DNA from: Chamaesiphon sp. 336R_metabinner_41
Lineage (GTDB): Bacteria; Cyanobacteriota; Cyanobacteriia; Cyanobacteriales; Chamaesiphonaceae
Length of the DNA stretch: 64,000 nt
Assembly: GCA_025359915.1 (NCBI GenBank)
Contig: JANYDE010000073.1
Location: forward strand, 994-64,993
Direction: 5' to 3'
In this document: in pieces, positions 34,516 to 45,713 of the stretch
Position numbering within the stretch: position 1 is the first letter of the stretch
Layout: each line of letters opens with the position of its first letter
Made by a program: the position numbers and the translations under genes
Notes under the pieces: model-generated
The model's database searches: none
What the model saw: the letters and a program-made list of their open reading frames with translations, nothing else
Told to the model about the DNA's origin: nothing

Positions 34516-35244
34516 ATGAATCGTCATCAGCAGATTTACGAAGGCAAGGCAAAAGTTCTATACGCTACAGACGATCCAGATATCTTACTGGCTTACTTCA
34601 AAGACGATGCTACCGCCTTCAATGCCCAAAAACGTGGGACGATCTCCGGTAAAGGGGAAATTAACTGTCAAATCGCTGCGCACCTATTCAGATCGATCGA
34701 GTCTCATGGTATCGCTACTCACTACATCGATTGTCCAGCAGTAGATGAAATGCGAGTGAAGTCTGTCCAGATTATTCCGGTCGAAGTAGTCGTCAGGAAC
34801 ATTGCAGCGGGTAGTCTCTGTCAACAAACAGGAATTACTTTAGGGACAATCTTACCCCAACCATTGGTCGAATTCTTTTACAAGAATGATAGCTTAGGCG
34901 ACCCACTCTTGACACGCGATCGATTACTGCTGATGGAATTAGCCACCCCAGCGCAATTAGAAACCATCCACTCCAAAACTTTACAAATCAATCTTATCCT
35001 CCAAAACTTTTTTAAACTGTGCGGAATTACACTAGTTGACTTCAAAATCGAATTTGGTGTAGACAAACACCAACAAATTTTGCTGGCGGATGAAATTAGT
35101 CCTGATAGTTGTCGGTTATGGCTAATTGGGGAACCCGATCCCAATTTGCGAGTCTTAGATAAAGATCGGTTCCGCCGCGATTTAGGCAAGATTGAAGATG
35201 CTTATCAGCAAGTCTTGACAAGAGTTTTAGGCGTTAAGGAGTAG
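34516..35244 (+). CDS. purC: SAICAR synthetase
   Basis: YEGKAK, FKDDATAFNAQK, LVDFKIEFG, LADEISPDSCRLW, DKDRFR. Confidence 0.98.
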   Translation: MNRHQQIYEGKAKVLYATDDPDILLAYFKDDATAFNAQKRGTISGKGEINCQIAAHLFRSIESHGIATHYIDCPAVDEMRVKSVQIIPVEVVVRNIAAGSLCQQTGITLGTILPQPLVEFFYKNDSLGDPLLTRDRLLLMELATPAQLETIHSKTLQINLILQNFFKLCGITLVDFKIEFGVDKHQQILLADEISPDSCRLWLIGEPDPNLRVLDKDRFRRDLGKIEDAYQQVLTRVLGVKE

Positions 35245-35424
35245 GATCAATTATCGAATCTGCGCTCTCACTCTAAACCCGCTCCAAGAATGCTGCGGTA
35301 GATACACACTTTTGGTTGAGTAGCTGTGTAGATTTTCGCCCCACCCATCATGTAACGCGACTCGCTTCCGCCGTTATTCGAGAGGGAATTTGAACCGGAT
35401 TTTCTTATATTTATTAAACAAAAC

Positions 35425-37551
35425 ATGAAATTTAGATTGAAATTACTTTTAGTCATTACAATTGCTGCCATCGGTCAAATCGCCAATATTGGTTCGGGAA
35501 AAGCCGAAGCAATGCCGATTGAGAGACTAGTATCCCAAACTAAATTAGCTAGTTCCCTCTTAGAACCCAAATCTATCTCTGAAACTAGCGATCTCCCTAC
35601 TGCCAAAGATCTACTCGCTCGCCGCAGAACTCGCAAACCACTCTTGCGGCGCAAACCACTCAAAACAACGCCAGCCGCAACCACTGGGCCAACTAATTCG
35701 ACCCCACAGACTCAAACACCAACGACGGCTCCAGCCGCTAATCAAAAACAGGTATTAGTTTCAGAAATCGTGATTCGCAGTGCCAAGGGGACACTAGAAC
35801 CAGACTTAGAATCAAAAATTCGCCAAGTTCTCACGGTTAAAACTGGAGAACCAACCACCCGCGCTCAATTAGAGCAAAATCTCAATGCAGTCAGGGCTTT
35901 AGGTGCTTTTTCAGCCGTTGAAATCATTCCTGAGGATACTGCCAAAGGTGTCAAACTCAGCTTTGTCGTCACAACCTACGGTAATTTAGGACGGGTACAG
36001 ATCGAAACATTGCCCGCTAATAGTAGTACCGTACTAAAACAATCAGATGTAGATAGCATTTTTCAGAACCAGTATGGTAAACAGTTAAATGCTGTCGAAC
36101 TTCAGGCAGCAATCAAAAAATTAAATGAATTCTATCAAAAACAGGGTTACAATCTCGCCCAGGTAGTTGATGTCAAGGAAATGGGTGCCGATGGGACGCT
36201 GAAATTAGTCATTGCCGAAGGACTGATTGAAGATGTCCAAGTCCGGTTTATGACCAAAGACGGATTGTTGGTTGATGACAAAAAACAACCAATTACAGGT
36301 AGCACTCGACCTTTTATCGTTACTCGTGAAGCTGAGTTGAAACCAGGCAAGATCTTCAATCGTGCCACTGTAGAAAAGGATTTGCGACGGATTTATGGGC
36401 TAGGGATCTTTGATGATGTGCGTGTCGCGTTTGCCCCAGGCACAGATCCTGCAAAAGTGGTACTTCAGTTTAATGTAATTGAGAAGAAAACAACGGCAAT
36501 CGTTGCTGGAGGCGGACTTAGCTCGACCAATGGTTTGTTTGGGAGCGTTAGTTATAACCAGTTAAATGTCGGTGGAAATAGTCAAAAATTAGGGGCTGAA
36601 GTTCAATTAGGTACTAAAGATTTTCTATACGATTTGAATTTCTCCGATCCTTGGATTGCGAGTGACCCCAATCGCACATCTTATAATGCCAACATCTTTT
36701 CGCGGCGATCCTTGTCGCTAGTATTTGATGGTGGTAAAACACCATCTTATGTGCCTGGAACTACTGACACGCCGAGAATCGTCAGACAAGGTGGTGGGAT
36801 TACTTTCAATCGTCCGCTCAATGGCGATCCTTTTAGTGATAGTGCTTGGCGGGCTTCTCTCGGTTTGCAGTATCAAAGGGTTTCAGTACGGGATGTGAAT
36901 GGGAATGGAATCGTCCCGAAAGATTCCAAAGGTAACGATCTCAGCTTCAGTAAAACTGGTGAAGACGATCTGTTCATGGTGCAGTTGGGGATGACTCAAG
37001 ATCTACGCAATAGTTACATCGATCCTACTCAAGGTTCACTACTCAAATTTGGCGTGGATCAATCAGTGCCCTTAGGACTGGGGAATGTATTTATGACCAG
37101 GGCAAGAGCGAGTTTTACCAACTATTCACCAGTGAAGTTGCTTAATTTAGCCCCTGGTTCTCAATCATTGGTATTCAACGTTCAAGGTGGCACGATCTTG
37201 GGCGATCTCCCGCCTTATGAAGCATTTAGCTTGGGTGGTACATCGGGCGTACGAGGCTATGAGGATGGCGATGTGGGTTCGGGACGTAGTTACGTCCAGG
37301 CTACCGCAGAATACCGCTTTCCACTGATATCGATTGTCGGTGGTGAAATATTTGCTGACTATGGTAGCGATTTGGGTACTGGGAATACGGTTCCTGGTAA
37401 TCCAGCCGGATCTCGTGGCAAACCAGGTAATGGTTTGGGCTATGGTGCTGGGGTGCGGATCAATACTCCGATTGGCCCAGTTCGGGTTGACTATGTGCTC
37501 AATAGTCGTTCTGAGAATCGGGTTCAATTCGGGATTGGGGAAAGATTTTAA
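35425..37551 (+). CDS. Omp85/BamA outer-membrane protein
   Basis: Signal peptide, POTRA repeats, VRGY motif, C-terminal FGIGERF. Confidence 0.93.
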   Translation: MKFRLKLLLVITIAAIGQIANIGSGKAEAMPIERLVSQTKLASSLLEPKSISETSDLPTAKDLLARRRTRKPLLRRKPLKTTPAATTGPTNSTPQTQTPTTAPAANQKQVLVSEIVIRSAKGTLEPDLESKIRQVLTVKTGEPTTRAQLEQNLNAVRALGAFSAVEIIPEDTAKGVKLSFVVTTYGNLGRVQIETLPANSSTVLKQSDVDSIFQNQYGKQLNAVELQAAIKKLNEFYQKQGYNLAQVVDVKEMGADGTLKLVIAEGLIEDVQVRFMTKDGLLVDDKKQPITGSTRPFIVTREAELKPGKIFNRATVEKDLRRIYGLGIFDDVRVAFAPGTDPAKVVLQFNVIEKKTTAIVAGGGLSSTNGLFGSVSYNQLNVGGNSQKLGAEVQLGTKDFLYDLNFSDPWIASDPNRTSYNANIFSRRSLSLVFDGGKTPSYVPGTTDTPRIVRQGGGITFNRPLNGDPFSDSAWRASLGLQYQRVSVRDVNGNGIVPKDSKGNDLSFSKTGEDDLFMVQLGMTQDLRNSYIDPTQGSLLKFGVDQSVPLGLGNVFMTRARASFTNYSPVKLLNLAPGSQSLVFNVQGGTILGDLPPYEAFSLGGTSGVRGYEDGDVGSGRSYVQATAEYRFPLISIVGGEIFADYGSDLGTGNTVPGNPAGSRGKPGNGLGYGAGVRINTPIGPVRVDYVLNSRSENRVQFGIGERF

Positions 37552-37677
37552 TTAGTTGATAGTTGATAGTTGATAGTTGATAGCTAAAACCTAGGGGGTG
37601 GGCAGTGCTTATCGTCTGGGTTTTGGTTGATTTTAATGGTATAAATACTTAATGATGCTTTAATTATCGATCGACAG

Positions 37678-37983
37678 GTGTGGAAATCTCTAGTCAAGTT
37701 GTGTTCGATCGGGTTATTAATTTGGTCGATGGGTGTAGCTCCGGCTTACGCTGATTTTTGCCGTCAGGTAGACGGACATCGAATCTGTATTGTCGATATC
37801 AAGCGGAGTGCGAAGAATTACTGGCAATACCAAGCAGTGGTGAGTAATGATGGAATTGAATCACCGCCTGCATCCTATGATTGTCGAGAGCGATTAATTA
37901 CCGATCTCGCTGGTACTCTGACATCCTTCAGATCTCGTAAAGATGCCCAATTTGTCTGTAGTCTGTATCGACGGAGGGGCTAA
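37678..37983 (+). CDS. Small secreted hypothetical protein
   Basis: GTG start, signal peptide ending APAYA, IKRSAKNYWQY motif, 4 Cys. Confidence 0.7.
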   Translation: MWKSLVKLCSIGLLIWSMGVAPAYADFCRQVDGHRICIVDIKRSAKNYWQYQAVVSNDGIESPPASYDCRERLITDLAGTLTSFRSRKDAQFVCSLYRRRG

Positions 37984-38268
37984 ATTATTCGATAAAAACT
38001 GATGATAACCATTGCCTGATGGTCGATCGAGGATTAACCGTTGAGTTATCATCTCGTACCCCACCGCGATATACTGAATAAAGAAAATTGTTCTAATCCA
38101 TTTTTTCTCTGGCGCAGCCGCTAAAGTGGGGAATCTTAGACTAAATATTCATACCTTTAGATTACTGCTATAACCCGTGGGTACCCACGAGGGGCACCCC
38201 TACAGGTTAATTGAGGTTCTTTCCTCCCTAAAGCTATCGAGCCTAATCCCTAATTTAAGAACCATTAT

Positions 38269-39387
38269 ATGAATTCAGGTATTGACCTCCAGGGAACTTT
38301 TATCCAATCCCTCAGTGACTTTGGTATCTCAACCGAACTGGCTAAAGTTCTCTGGATGCCATTTCCGATGTTGCTGATGCTCATCGGTGCAACTGTAGGT
38401 GTACTCGTCAACGTGTGGTTGGAGCGCAAAATCTCCGCCGCAGTCCAACAGCGAATCGGCCCTGAATATGCTGGGCCATTAGGCGTACTCCAACCAGTCG
38501 CCGATGGTCTGAAACTGGTGTTTAAGGAGGATATTCTCCCCGCCAAAGCCGACCCATTTCTGTTCACGATGGGGCCAATTTTGGTCGTGATGCCAGTATT
38601 TCTGTCTTACCTGATTGTCCCCTTCGGTCAAAACTTGGTAATTACCAATATTAATACAGGGATCTTTTTGTGGATTGCCTTGTCGAGTATTGTCCCCATC
38701 GGATTGCTGATGGCGGGATATGCGTCGAATAATAAGTACTCACTGATTGGTGGATTACGGGCGGCAGCACAGTCGATTAGTTACGAAATTCCGCTCGCTT
38801 TGTCGGTGTTGGCGATCGTGATGATGTCTAATAGTCTGAGTACGATCGATATCGTCCAGCAGCAATCAGGCTATGGAATTTTATCCTGGAATGTCTGGCG
38901 ACAACCCGTTGGTTTCGTGATCTTCTGGATTTCAGCCCTCGCCGAGTGCGAACGTCTCCCCTTTGACCTCCCAGAGGCTGAAGAAGAGCTAGTAGCTGGT
39001 TATCAGACGGAATATTCAGGAATGAAGTTCGCGCTGTTCTACGTGGGTTCTTACGTCAATCTGGTGCTATCGGCGTTGATGGTTGCCATTCTCTATCTCG
39101 GTGGTTGGTCGAGTCCAATTCCGATCGAGTTACTTAGCAATCTCCTCGGTGTCGATCCTACCAGTTCTTGGTTACAGGTAGTCGATGCGTCCCTGGGAAT
39201 CTCGATGACAGTGTTAAAAGCTTATTTCCTCGTCTTTCTCGCGATCCTCACTCGTTGGACTGTACCCCGCGTACGAATCGATCAATTGCTTAATCTAGGT
39301 TGGAAATTCCTATTACCAATTGCACTCGCTAACTTGTTAATTACTGCTGCACTTAAATTAGCTTTTCCGACTGCTTTTGGTGGATAA
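38269..39387 (+). CDS. ndhA: NDH-1 subunit 1
   Basis: [38 protein letters not shown]. Confidence 0.98.
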   Translation: MNSGIDLQGTFIQSLSDFGISTELAKVLWMPFPMLLMLIGATVGVLVNVWLERKISAAVQQRIGPEYAGPLGVLQPVADGLKLVFKEDILPAKADPFLFTMGPILVVMPVFLSYLIVPFGQNLVITNINTGIFLWIALSSIVPIGLLMAGYASNNKYSLIGGLRAAAQSISYEIPLALSVLAIVMMSNSLSTIDIVQQQSGYGILSWNVWRQPVGFVIFWISALAECERLPFDLPEAEEELVAGYQTEYSGMKFALFYVGSYVNLVLSALMVAILYLGGWSSPIPIELLSNLLGVDPTSSWLQVVDASLGISMTVLKAYFLVFLAILTRWTVPRVRIDQLLNLGWKFLLPIALANLLITAALKLAFPTAFGG

Positions 39388-39388
39388 A

Positions 39389-39528
39389 GCGGAGATTTTA
39401 CCCCACCCCAGCCCTCCCCTTGTAAAGCGGATGCGCGCACTGTTCGGGTTCCCCGACAGTGTTAGCGCACCAAGCAGGGGAGGGAGCCGAAAAGCCCCCT
39501 TTATAAGGGGGTTTGGGGGGTAAAATCT
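39389..39528. repeat. GC-rich palindromic repeat with 12-bp TIRs and a nested 50-nt insertion
   Basis: AGATTTTACCCC...GGGGTAAAATCT ends; 39427-39476 inserted between TTGTAAA and GGGGAGGG relative to the other copies. Confidence 0.8.
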
Positions 39529-39572
39529 TCAACTAAGTAGGCTCCCAGCTCCCCCAACACCCCCTATCTATC

Positions 39573-40130
39573 ATGCTGAAATTTCTCAAACAAGTCGTCG
39601 ATTACACCAAGGAAACAGCTCAGGCTGCAAAGTATATCGGTCAAGGATTAGCCGTGACATTCGATCATATGCAACGTCGTCCGATTACTGTGCAATATCC
39701 CTATGAAAAGTTAGTTCCTTCCGAACGTTTTCGGGGACGAATTCACTTTGAATTTGATAAATGTATCGCTTGCGAAGTCTGCGTGCGGGTATGTCCGATT
39801 AACTTACCTGTGGTTGATTACGAATTTGATAAAGCCAGTAAGAAAAAGAAACTCAATAGCTATAGTATCGATTTTGGTGTCTGTATCTTTTGCGGAAACT
39901 GTGTAGAATATTGTCCGACTAATTGCCTATCGATGACCGAAGAATATGAACTTGCGACATTCGATCGACACGAACTCAATTATGATAGTGTTGCGCTCGG
40001 TCGTCTACCGACTAAAGTTACTGACGATCCAATGGTAACAGCTCTTCGCACCCTCGCTTATCTCCCAAAAGGTGTAATGGAACCTCATGATTTACCTGCT
40101 GGTTCTCAACGTGCTAATAGCAATAAGTAA
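39573..40130 (+). CDS. ndhI: NDH-1 subunit I
   Basis: Two 4Fe-4S motifs, [12 protein letters not shown] and [12 protein letters not shown]. Confidence 0.98.
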   Translation: MLKFLKQVVDYTKETAQAAKYIGQGLAVTFDHMQRRPITVQYPYEKLVPSERFRGRIHFEFDKCIACEVCVRVCPINLPVVDYEFDKASKKKKLNSYSIDFGVCIFCGNCVEYCPTNCLSMTEEYELATFDRHELNYDSVALGRLPTKVTDDPMVTALRTLAYLPKGVMEPHDLPAGSQRANSNK

Positions 40131-40257
40131 TGAGTAATGAGTAATGAGTAATGAGTAGTGAGTAGTGAGTTCATTTTTTTGAAAGGCTTTTAAACTCTGC
40201 TATTCGATAAATAATGATCGAACTCGATCGCCAACAATCTATAATTAATAACGTAAA

Positions 40258-40848
40258 ATGCAAATCGCTGAAGGTGTTCAGTTAGTTACATTCGCCATTC
40301 TCTCCGTCCTAATGTTGGGCGCAGCATTGGGTGTAGTTTTGTTTGCGAATATTGTTTACTCTGCCTTTTTACTAGGTGGAGTATTCATTAGTATGGCGGG
40401 AATTTATATCCTGCTCAATGCTGACTTTGTATCCGCCGCTCAAATCTTGGTATATGTCGGCGCGGTGAATGTCTTGATTCTATTTGCGATCATGTTGGTA
40501 AATAAACGTGAGGACTTTAAACCGCTCAAAAATGGCTGGATTAGACAAGGCTCCACCGCAGTTGTTTGTGCTGGTTTATTTGCGCTTTTGAGTGCTGTTT
40601 CGATAGTTACGCCGTGGAAAATTTCAACTCTTACGCCACTAGCCAGCTCGGTTGTACCATTAGCCAAGCACTTTTTTACTGATTTTCTCTTACCATTTGA
40701 ACTAGCTTCAGTTCTACTATTAATGTCTATGGTGGGAGCAATTATTCTCGCTCGTCGTGACTTTATGCCCGACAATATCTCTGGCGAAACATCTACTCAA
40801 GATAGTCTAACTTTACCAGAGCGTCCGCGTGAATTGGCAGGTAAATAG
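40258..40848 (+). CDS. ndhG: NDH-1 subunit 6
   Basis: AQILVYVGAVNVLILFAIMLV, LLPFELASVLLL. Confidence 0.97.
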   Translation: MQIAEGVQLVTFAILSVLMLGAALGVVLFANIVYSAFLLGGVFISMAGIYILLNADFVSAAQILVYVGAVNVLILFAIMLVNKREDFKPLKNGWIRQGSTAVVCAGLFALLSAVSIVTPWKISTLTPLASSVVPLAKHFFTDFLLPFELASVLLLMSMVGAIILARRDFMPDNISGETSTQDSLTLPERPRELAGK

Positions 40849-40923
40849 ATCGATGAATGGTCAATAGTGGATGACTAAATAGAAAGATTCAGTTGTTAAA
40901 GAACAATCATAAACGTTTGATAT

Positions 40924-41232
40924 ATGTTGCAATTACAGTATTTTTTGATTTTGGCGGCTGGGCTGTTTTGTATCGGGATCTATGGACTAATTACTAGTCG
41001 AAATGCGGTGCGGGTGTTGATGTCGATCGAATTGATGTTAAATGCTGTCAATTTAAACCTGATGGGATTTTCTAATTATATCGATCCAGGTGAGATTAAA
41101 GGACAAGTATTTACCGTATTTGTCATTGCTATCGCCGCAGCAGAAGCAGCGGTAGGATTAGCAATCGTCCTGTCGATTTACCGTAACCGCGATACTGTAG
41201 ATATGGAGCAATTCAACTTACTTAAATGGTAA
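40924..41232 (+). CDS. ndhE: NDH-1 subunit 4L
   Basis: [29 protein letters not shown]. Confidence 0.98.
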   Translation: MLQLQYFLILAAGLFCIGIYGLITSRNAVRVLMSIELMLNAVNLNLMGFSNYIDPGEIKGQVFTVFVIAIAAAEAAVGLAIVLSIYRNRDTVDMEQFNLLKW

Positions 41233-42125
41233 TTACTGGTACCACCAAAATATTAGGGGTGATTGGCAATCCAATTGGTCATTCACTCTCGCCCATTATT
41301 CATAATGCGGCGATCGAACATCTAGGTTTAGACTATCGATATCTCGCTTTTCCAGTTGCACCAGCCAATCTCGCCGCCGCACTGGATGGCTTCGCCGCCA
41401 TCGGTTTAGTCGGCTGTAGCGTCACAATCCCCCACAAACAAGCAATTATCCCCCTACTGGCAGAGATTACCCCTCTCGCCCAAGCAGTAGGTGCGGTAAA
41501 TACCGTCTGGAACACCCCCACAGGTTGGAACGGGACAAATACAGACGTGGCTGGATTTGTCAGCCCTCTCGCCGCAATGCAGCGGGATTGGGGCAACACA
41601 ACCGTCGCGATCTTAGGAAATGGTGGTGCGGCTCGGGCTGTAGTTGCCGGCTGTCATCAATTAGGCTGTGGCGAAATCCATGTTATCGGTAGAGATGCGC
41701 CAAAATTAGCTGAGTTTAAATCTAGTTGGGCAAATATCCAATTATCGATCGCCAATAGCGATCTACCGACCCAAGTAACCATTCAAACTCACTTATGGAC
41801 AGACTTACCCAATGTGGTTGGTAAGGATAACTTACTACTAATCAATAGTACCCCGATCGGCATGTCTCCGCAAGTGGCAAATAGTCCGATCGAGGCAGAA
41901 ATAATGGCGAGAATCGGGGCTGATTCCATTGCCTATGACCTGATTTATACACCGCGCCCGACCAAGTTTATCCAATTAGCCAAAGAGGCAGGGCTGATAA
42001 CGATTGATGGAACAGAAATGCTAGTTCAACAAGGTGCCGTTGCTTTTGAATTGTGGTTGCAACAATCGCCACCAGTCGATATTATGCGTCAGACATTAAT
42101 CGAACATTTAACAAATACTCACTAA
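41226..42125 (+). CDS. aroE: Shikimate dehydrogenase
   Basis: [45 protein letters not shown]; overlaps the ndhE stop. Confidence 0.95.
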   Translation: MVITGTTKILGVIGNPIGHSLSPIIHNAAIEHLGLDYRYLAFPVAPANLAAALDGFAAIGLVGCSVTIPHKQAIIPLLAEITPLAQAVGAVNTVWNTPTGWNGTNTDVAGFVSPLAAMQRDWGNTTVAILGNGGAARAVVAGCHQLGCGEIHVIGRDAPKLAEFKSSWANIQLSIANSDLPTQVTIQTHLWTDLPNVVGKDNLLLINSTPIGMSPQVANSPIEAEIMARIGADSIAYDLIYTPRPTKFIQLAKEAGLITIDGTEMLVQQGAVAFELWLQQSPPVDIMRQTLIEHLTNTH

Positions 42126-42506
42126 TTTTGTCTAAATTTTCGTTACTTTGTAACCAGTAATGTTGCCAAGTATTGATGCAGAAATGTCTCAACCTGCTCC
42201 GCTACCTTGTGCCGCTGCGCTTCATCCACCACCTCATCCAACCGATTGAGTAAAATTCACGCCCATAAACGTTCCAAGCACAACAAGACTCATATAATTA
42301 CGATACGGTAGCTCGATTTAATTCGATCATGTAACAAAAATCATCCAACGTCTATTAGCGTTGCGAGTATCGTCTCGTTCCGAGAAGAGGCTATTGCATT
42401 TGGCGTTAGCCTGCCGTAAGCACGGGCAAACGCTCCGCTACCGCCAACGAGAAGTCGGGGATCTATCCCCAGCTTAAATGCAACGATCGATCTCTATATT
42501 CATAAA

Positions 42507-42947
42507 TTAGACAAAATCGGCTCTAACCTGCATTAAAATTCGTCCGAGATGATTTGCTCCAGTTCGATCTATCCCACAGCCCCAGAAGTAATCTACAGGT
42601 GAATCTTCGATTATTTCAGCATCCAATGTATCCAGTAAAATCTGTCTAATATCTAAGTGCTGGCTGAACTTTTGCCAGACGGCGCGATACATCAGTTTGC
42701 ATTTACACAAATCCCAATCAGGGTAAGGTTGGTGTTCGGGGTTGCGCCCGATTTTTGCTGCCAATTCTGGAGTTGATGAGGCTTGAATTTCTGCCATCAA
42801 GTACTCGAACTTTGTCCCCTGAAACTTGTGTGCTTGATAATAGTGTTCGACAGTTGCCCACTTTTTCCCGTCTAGATCGATTGCGTGGGGAGAAAAATTG
42901 GAAAAGCAGCCGTAAGGCGCATCAATTTTATAGAAATAAATTCTCAA
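42507..42947 (-). CDS. NADAR (YbiA/DUF1768) family protein
   Basis: FSNF, TVEHYYQAHKF, IEDSPVDYFWG, NHLGRILMQVR. Confidence 0.92.
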   Translation of the reverse strand: MRIYFYKIDAPYGCFSNFSPHAIDLDGKKWATVEHYYQAHKFQGTKFEYLMAEIQASSTPELAAKIGRNPEHQPYPDWDLCKCKLMYRAVWQKFSQHLDIRQILLDTLDAEIIEDSPVDYFWGCGIDRTGANHLGRILMQVRADFV

Positions 42948-43189
42948 TGCTTGTGGGAATGAACTCCATCAACAGTTATAGCACTAAAACTATCCCTGAT
43001 CGATCTGAATTGACTAGGGATATAGCAATCCTAGATCAGAATCTTAAACCCTAGAGGGAAGGCATGAAGCGGAGTTTTTATTCGGGGGGAACCCCCTGAT
43101 AAAAACTCCGCAGAATAAAAAACGACAAGACAGCACCGCCCTTCCGAGTTAACGTTACCGCTCGGATTGCCATAGTATTAAGTGTTTGC

Positions 43190-44152
43190 TTAAACTAAGC
43201 TACTTACTTTGCTCAATAGTAAGGTGATCGCGTCATGTACTTGTGGTAGGCTATCGACAACGATCGCAGTACATAGCAGCATCATATATAGGATCGAATA
43301 CTTGAACAGGGATTTAGCAACAGTCTTGTCGGTGGGAGCTTGTAATAGTTTCCAGGCTTCGTAGACGAAAACGCCACCTAAACCAATAGCGGAAACTCCA
43401 TAGACAGCTCCAGCGACACCCAAGGGATAAACTAGTAGCAGTGTGCAGGGGATGAGTAAGAGGGTATAAATCCAAATTTGTTTGACGGTAGCTACTTCAC
43501 CAGCGACTACCGGTAACATCGGAATTCCCACCTTCGCGTAGTCATCTTTAATCATTAATGCCAATGCCCAAAAATGGGGTGGAGTCCATAAGAAAACAAT
43601 CGCAAATAACACCCAAGCTTCGATACTTAAACTATTGCTAACGGCGGCACATCCAACGAGGGCGGGGATAGCTCCAGCAGCTCCACCAATGACGATATTT
43701 TGGGGTGTATGACGTTTGAGCAGGTGGGTATAAATCCACATATAGAATCCAATTCCAGCCATCGCTAGTAAGGCGGCTAAGAGATTGGTAAAAACTGCCA
43801 AGATTGTAAAGGATAATACCGCTAATACTGTGGCAAAAATTCCGGCATTGAGAGGTGTTACTCTACCTGATGGAATGGGGCGACTGCGGGTACGCTCCAT
43901 TGTATAATCGATGTCTCGATCGTAAATACAATTCATCGCTTGGGCGGAAGCTGCGGCTAACATTCCGCCGATAACGGTGACGAGAAATAAGACTGGATCT
44001 GTTGCTCCGTCAGATGCCATCCACATGGCGGCGGCAGTGGTAATTAATAAGAGGGGGATGATTCTAGGTTTGGTGAGTTGATAATAACTCTGGATAACTT
44101 CGGAAAAGTTTTGACGTTTCGTTTCGACGGACTGATTTAAAAGTTCTTGCAT
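43190..44152 (-). CDS. ctaB: Heme O synthase (protoheme IX farnesyltransferase)
   Basis: [41 protein letters not shown]. Confidence 0.96.
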   Translation of the reverse strand: MQELLNQSVETKRQNFSEVIQSYYQLTKPRIIPLLLITTAAAMWMASDGATDPVLFLVTVIGGMLAAASAQAMNCIYDRDIDYTMERTRSRPIPSGRVTPLNAGIFATVLAVLSFTILAVFTNLLAALLAMAGIGFYMWIYTHLLKRHTPQNIVIGGAAGAIPALVGCAAVSNSLSIEAWVLFAIVFLWTPPHFWALALMIKDDYAKVGIPMLPVVAGEVATVKQIWIYTLLLIPCTLLLVYPLGVAGAVYGVSAIGLGGVFVYEAWKLLQAPTDKTVAKSLFKYSILYMMLLCTAIVVDSLPQVHDAITLLLSKVSSLV

Positions 44153-44250
44153 ATGATGGGAATGGGGATATTCTTAATATAAGTTTGATAGAAATAATAA
44201 TTCTGTTTTTTAACCGCACACCATCCATAGATCTCGCAGAGAAAGAATTC

Positions 44251-45309
44251 TCAGAGAGGTTTTGTCGAACCTTCAATTGGTTTCAGGTTATTCTGCTGCC
44301 ATAATAGGGCGGTGAGAATAACTAGTGTACCGAGCAACATGGCACCGATCAATTGATGAGCAACTGTCAGGGTTTCTACTTGGAGATGCAGTCTGAAAGT
44401 CGCTGTACCTAGTAGGATTTGACAGACTAATAAAGCACCGACAGTTTTAGCTAGATTGAGACAAAATTTAGATGAATTCGGATTGCGCCAAATGACGATC
44501 GTTACCGCAATACAACTCAATGTTGCGGGTACGACACCGATGATGTGATTATTCATCACGGTACAAAGTTCAGAATTGCCAAAGCACTGATGCAATGCCC
44601 AGCGGGAGCCAACTAATCCACCGAGGATGCTCTGGATGTAAACAAAGATTGCAGCGGTGAAGGGGAGTAAATACAGGCGATTACGGTATCCTGAAGCTAT
44701 TGGAGTTGTTGCGGAGATTTTTACCCCACCCCAGCCCTCCCCTTGTAAAGGGGAGGGAGCTAGAGCCACCCCTTTATAAGGGGGGGTTGGGGGGGTAGTC
44801 ACAGGGAGTAACAGGGTACCGATCGAGAGTAAGGTAATAAAGAACAGTAAGGCTGTGCCCAGGTGGGCTGTGACGATATCAAAGCGGAGTAATTCGGTGA
44901 CTGTGAACGCGCCCAATGCTCCTTGGATGACAATTAGGCTCAGGGCGAAGGTAGTTGCCCAGGGGAGCCAGCGGGGAAGCTGTTGGCGGTACCACCAGGA
45001 TGAGCCAGCTAAGAATAAGGTGCTCAATCCGATTAATCCAGCATCGAGGCGATGAAACCATTCTAAGAATACCTGAAGATTCATCTGCTGGGTGGGTACT
45101 AGTTGCCCATAGCATAGGGGCCAATCAGGGCAAGCTAAACCAGCGTTCATTACCCTAGTAGCACTACCTACCGCCATCAATAGCAGTGTAGCAAAGGCAA
45201 TCTTCCAGATCGATCGCCGGATCCGGGTTTGGATCATAATATTTCCGCTCTCTTGCCGCGATTCTTGTTCGTCAGCCGAAGATTGAGGGATAAATGCAGA
45301 ATCTGACAT
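44251..45309 (-). CDS. ctaA: Heme A synthase (COX15/CtaA) with an in-frame repeat-derived insertion
   Basis: GLACPDWPLC, EWFHR, VTAHLG, VAHQ; insert PPTPPYKGVALAPSPLQGEGWGGVKIS. Confidence 0.92.
   Translation of the reverse strand: MSDSAFIPQSSADEQESRQESGNIMIQTRIRRSIWKIAFATLLLMAVGSATRVMNAGLACPDWPLCYGQLVPTQQMNLQVFLEWFHRLDAGLIGLSTLFLAGSSWWYRQQLPRWLPWATTFALSLIVIQGALGAFTVTELLRFDIVTAHLGTALLFFITLLSIGTLLLPVTTPPTPPYKGVALAPSPLQGEGWGGVKISATTPIASGYRNRLYLLPFTAAIFVYIQSILGGLVGSRWALHQCFGNSELCTVMNNHIIGVVPATLSCIAVTIVIWRNPNSSKFCLNLAKTVGALLVCQILLGTATFRLHLQVETLTVAHQLIGAMLLGTLVILTALLWQQNNLKPIEGSTKPL
44703..44797. repeat. Coding copy of the GC-rich palindromic repeat inside ctaA
   Basis: Aligns with intergenic 3511-3603; ctaA frame remains open. 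Confidence 0.88.
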
Positions 45310-45713
45310 AGTTGTGGAATCTTAGCGTTGGTTTGCCTAATTTATCTTTTTTTAGCTACGCTACTTCACTCAATCATTCCCAAACTAGCATTAATACCTA
45401 GTGTCTGTTGGCGGGTTGACTGGGGATGCGATCGAGTTTAAGCTACTACTCAGACATCTAAGTCTATACGTTGTAATGGTTAGAGGTTCGTTTGATCGAG
45501 ATCCCAAAGAAAATGTTAAAGATTTAATCTGTAAATATATTGACTTATTTCCCGAAATGTACATCTATTCAATCCCGAAGAAAAGCTGAAGAAATGTAGA
45601 GAAGTACCGATCGCTCCGATCGGCTGCGGTACCTTAGTAAAGATAGTTAGCCTAACTGTCGCTATTTTTCAATCGCTATTATCTTAACTATCTAGCTAAA
45701 TTTTTAACCTCGA

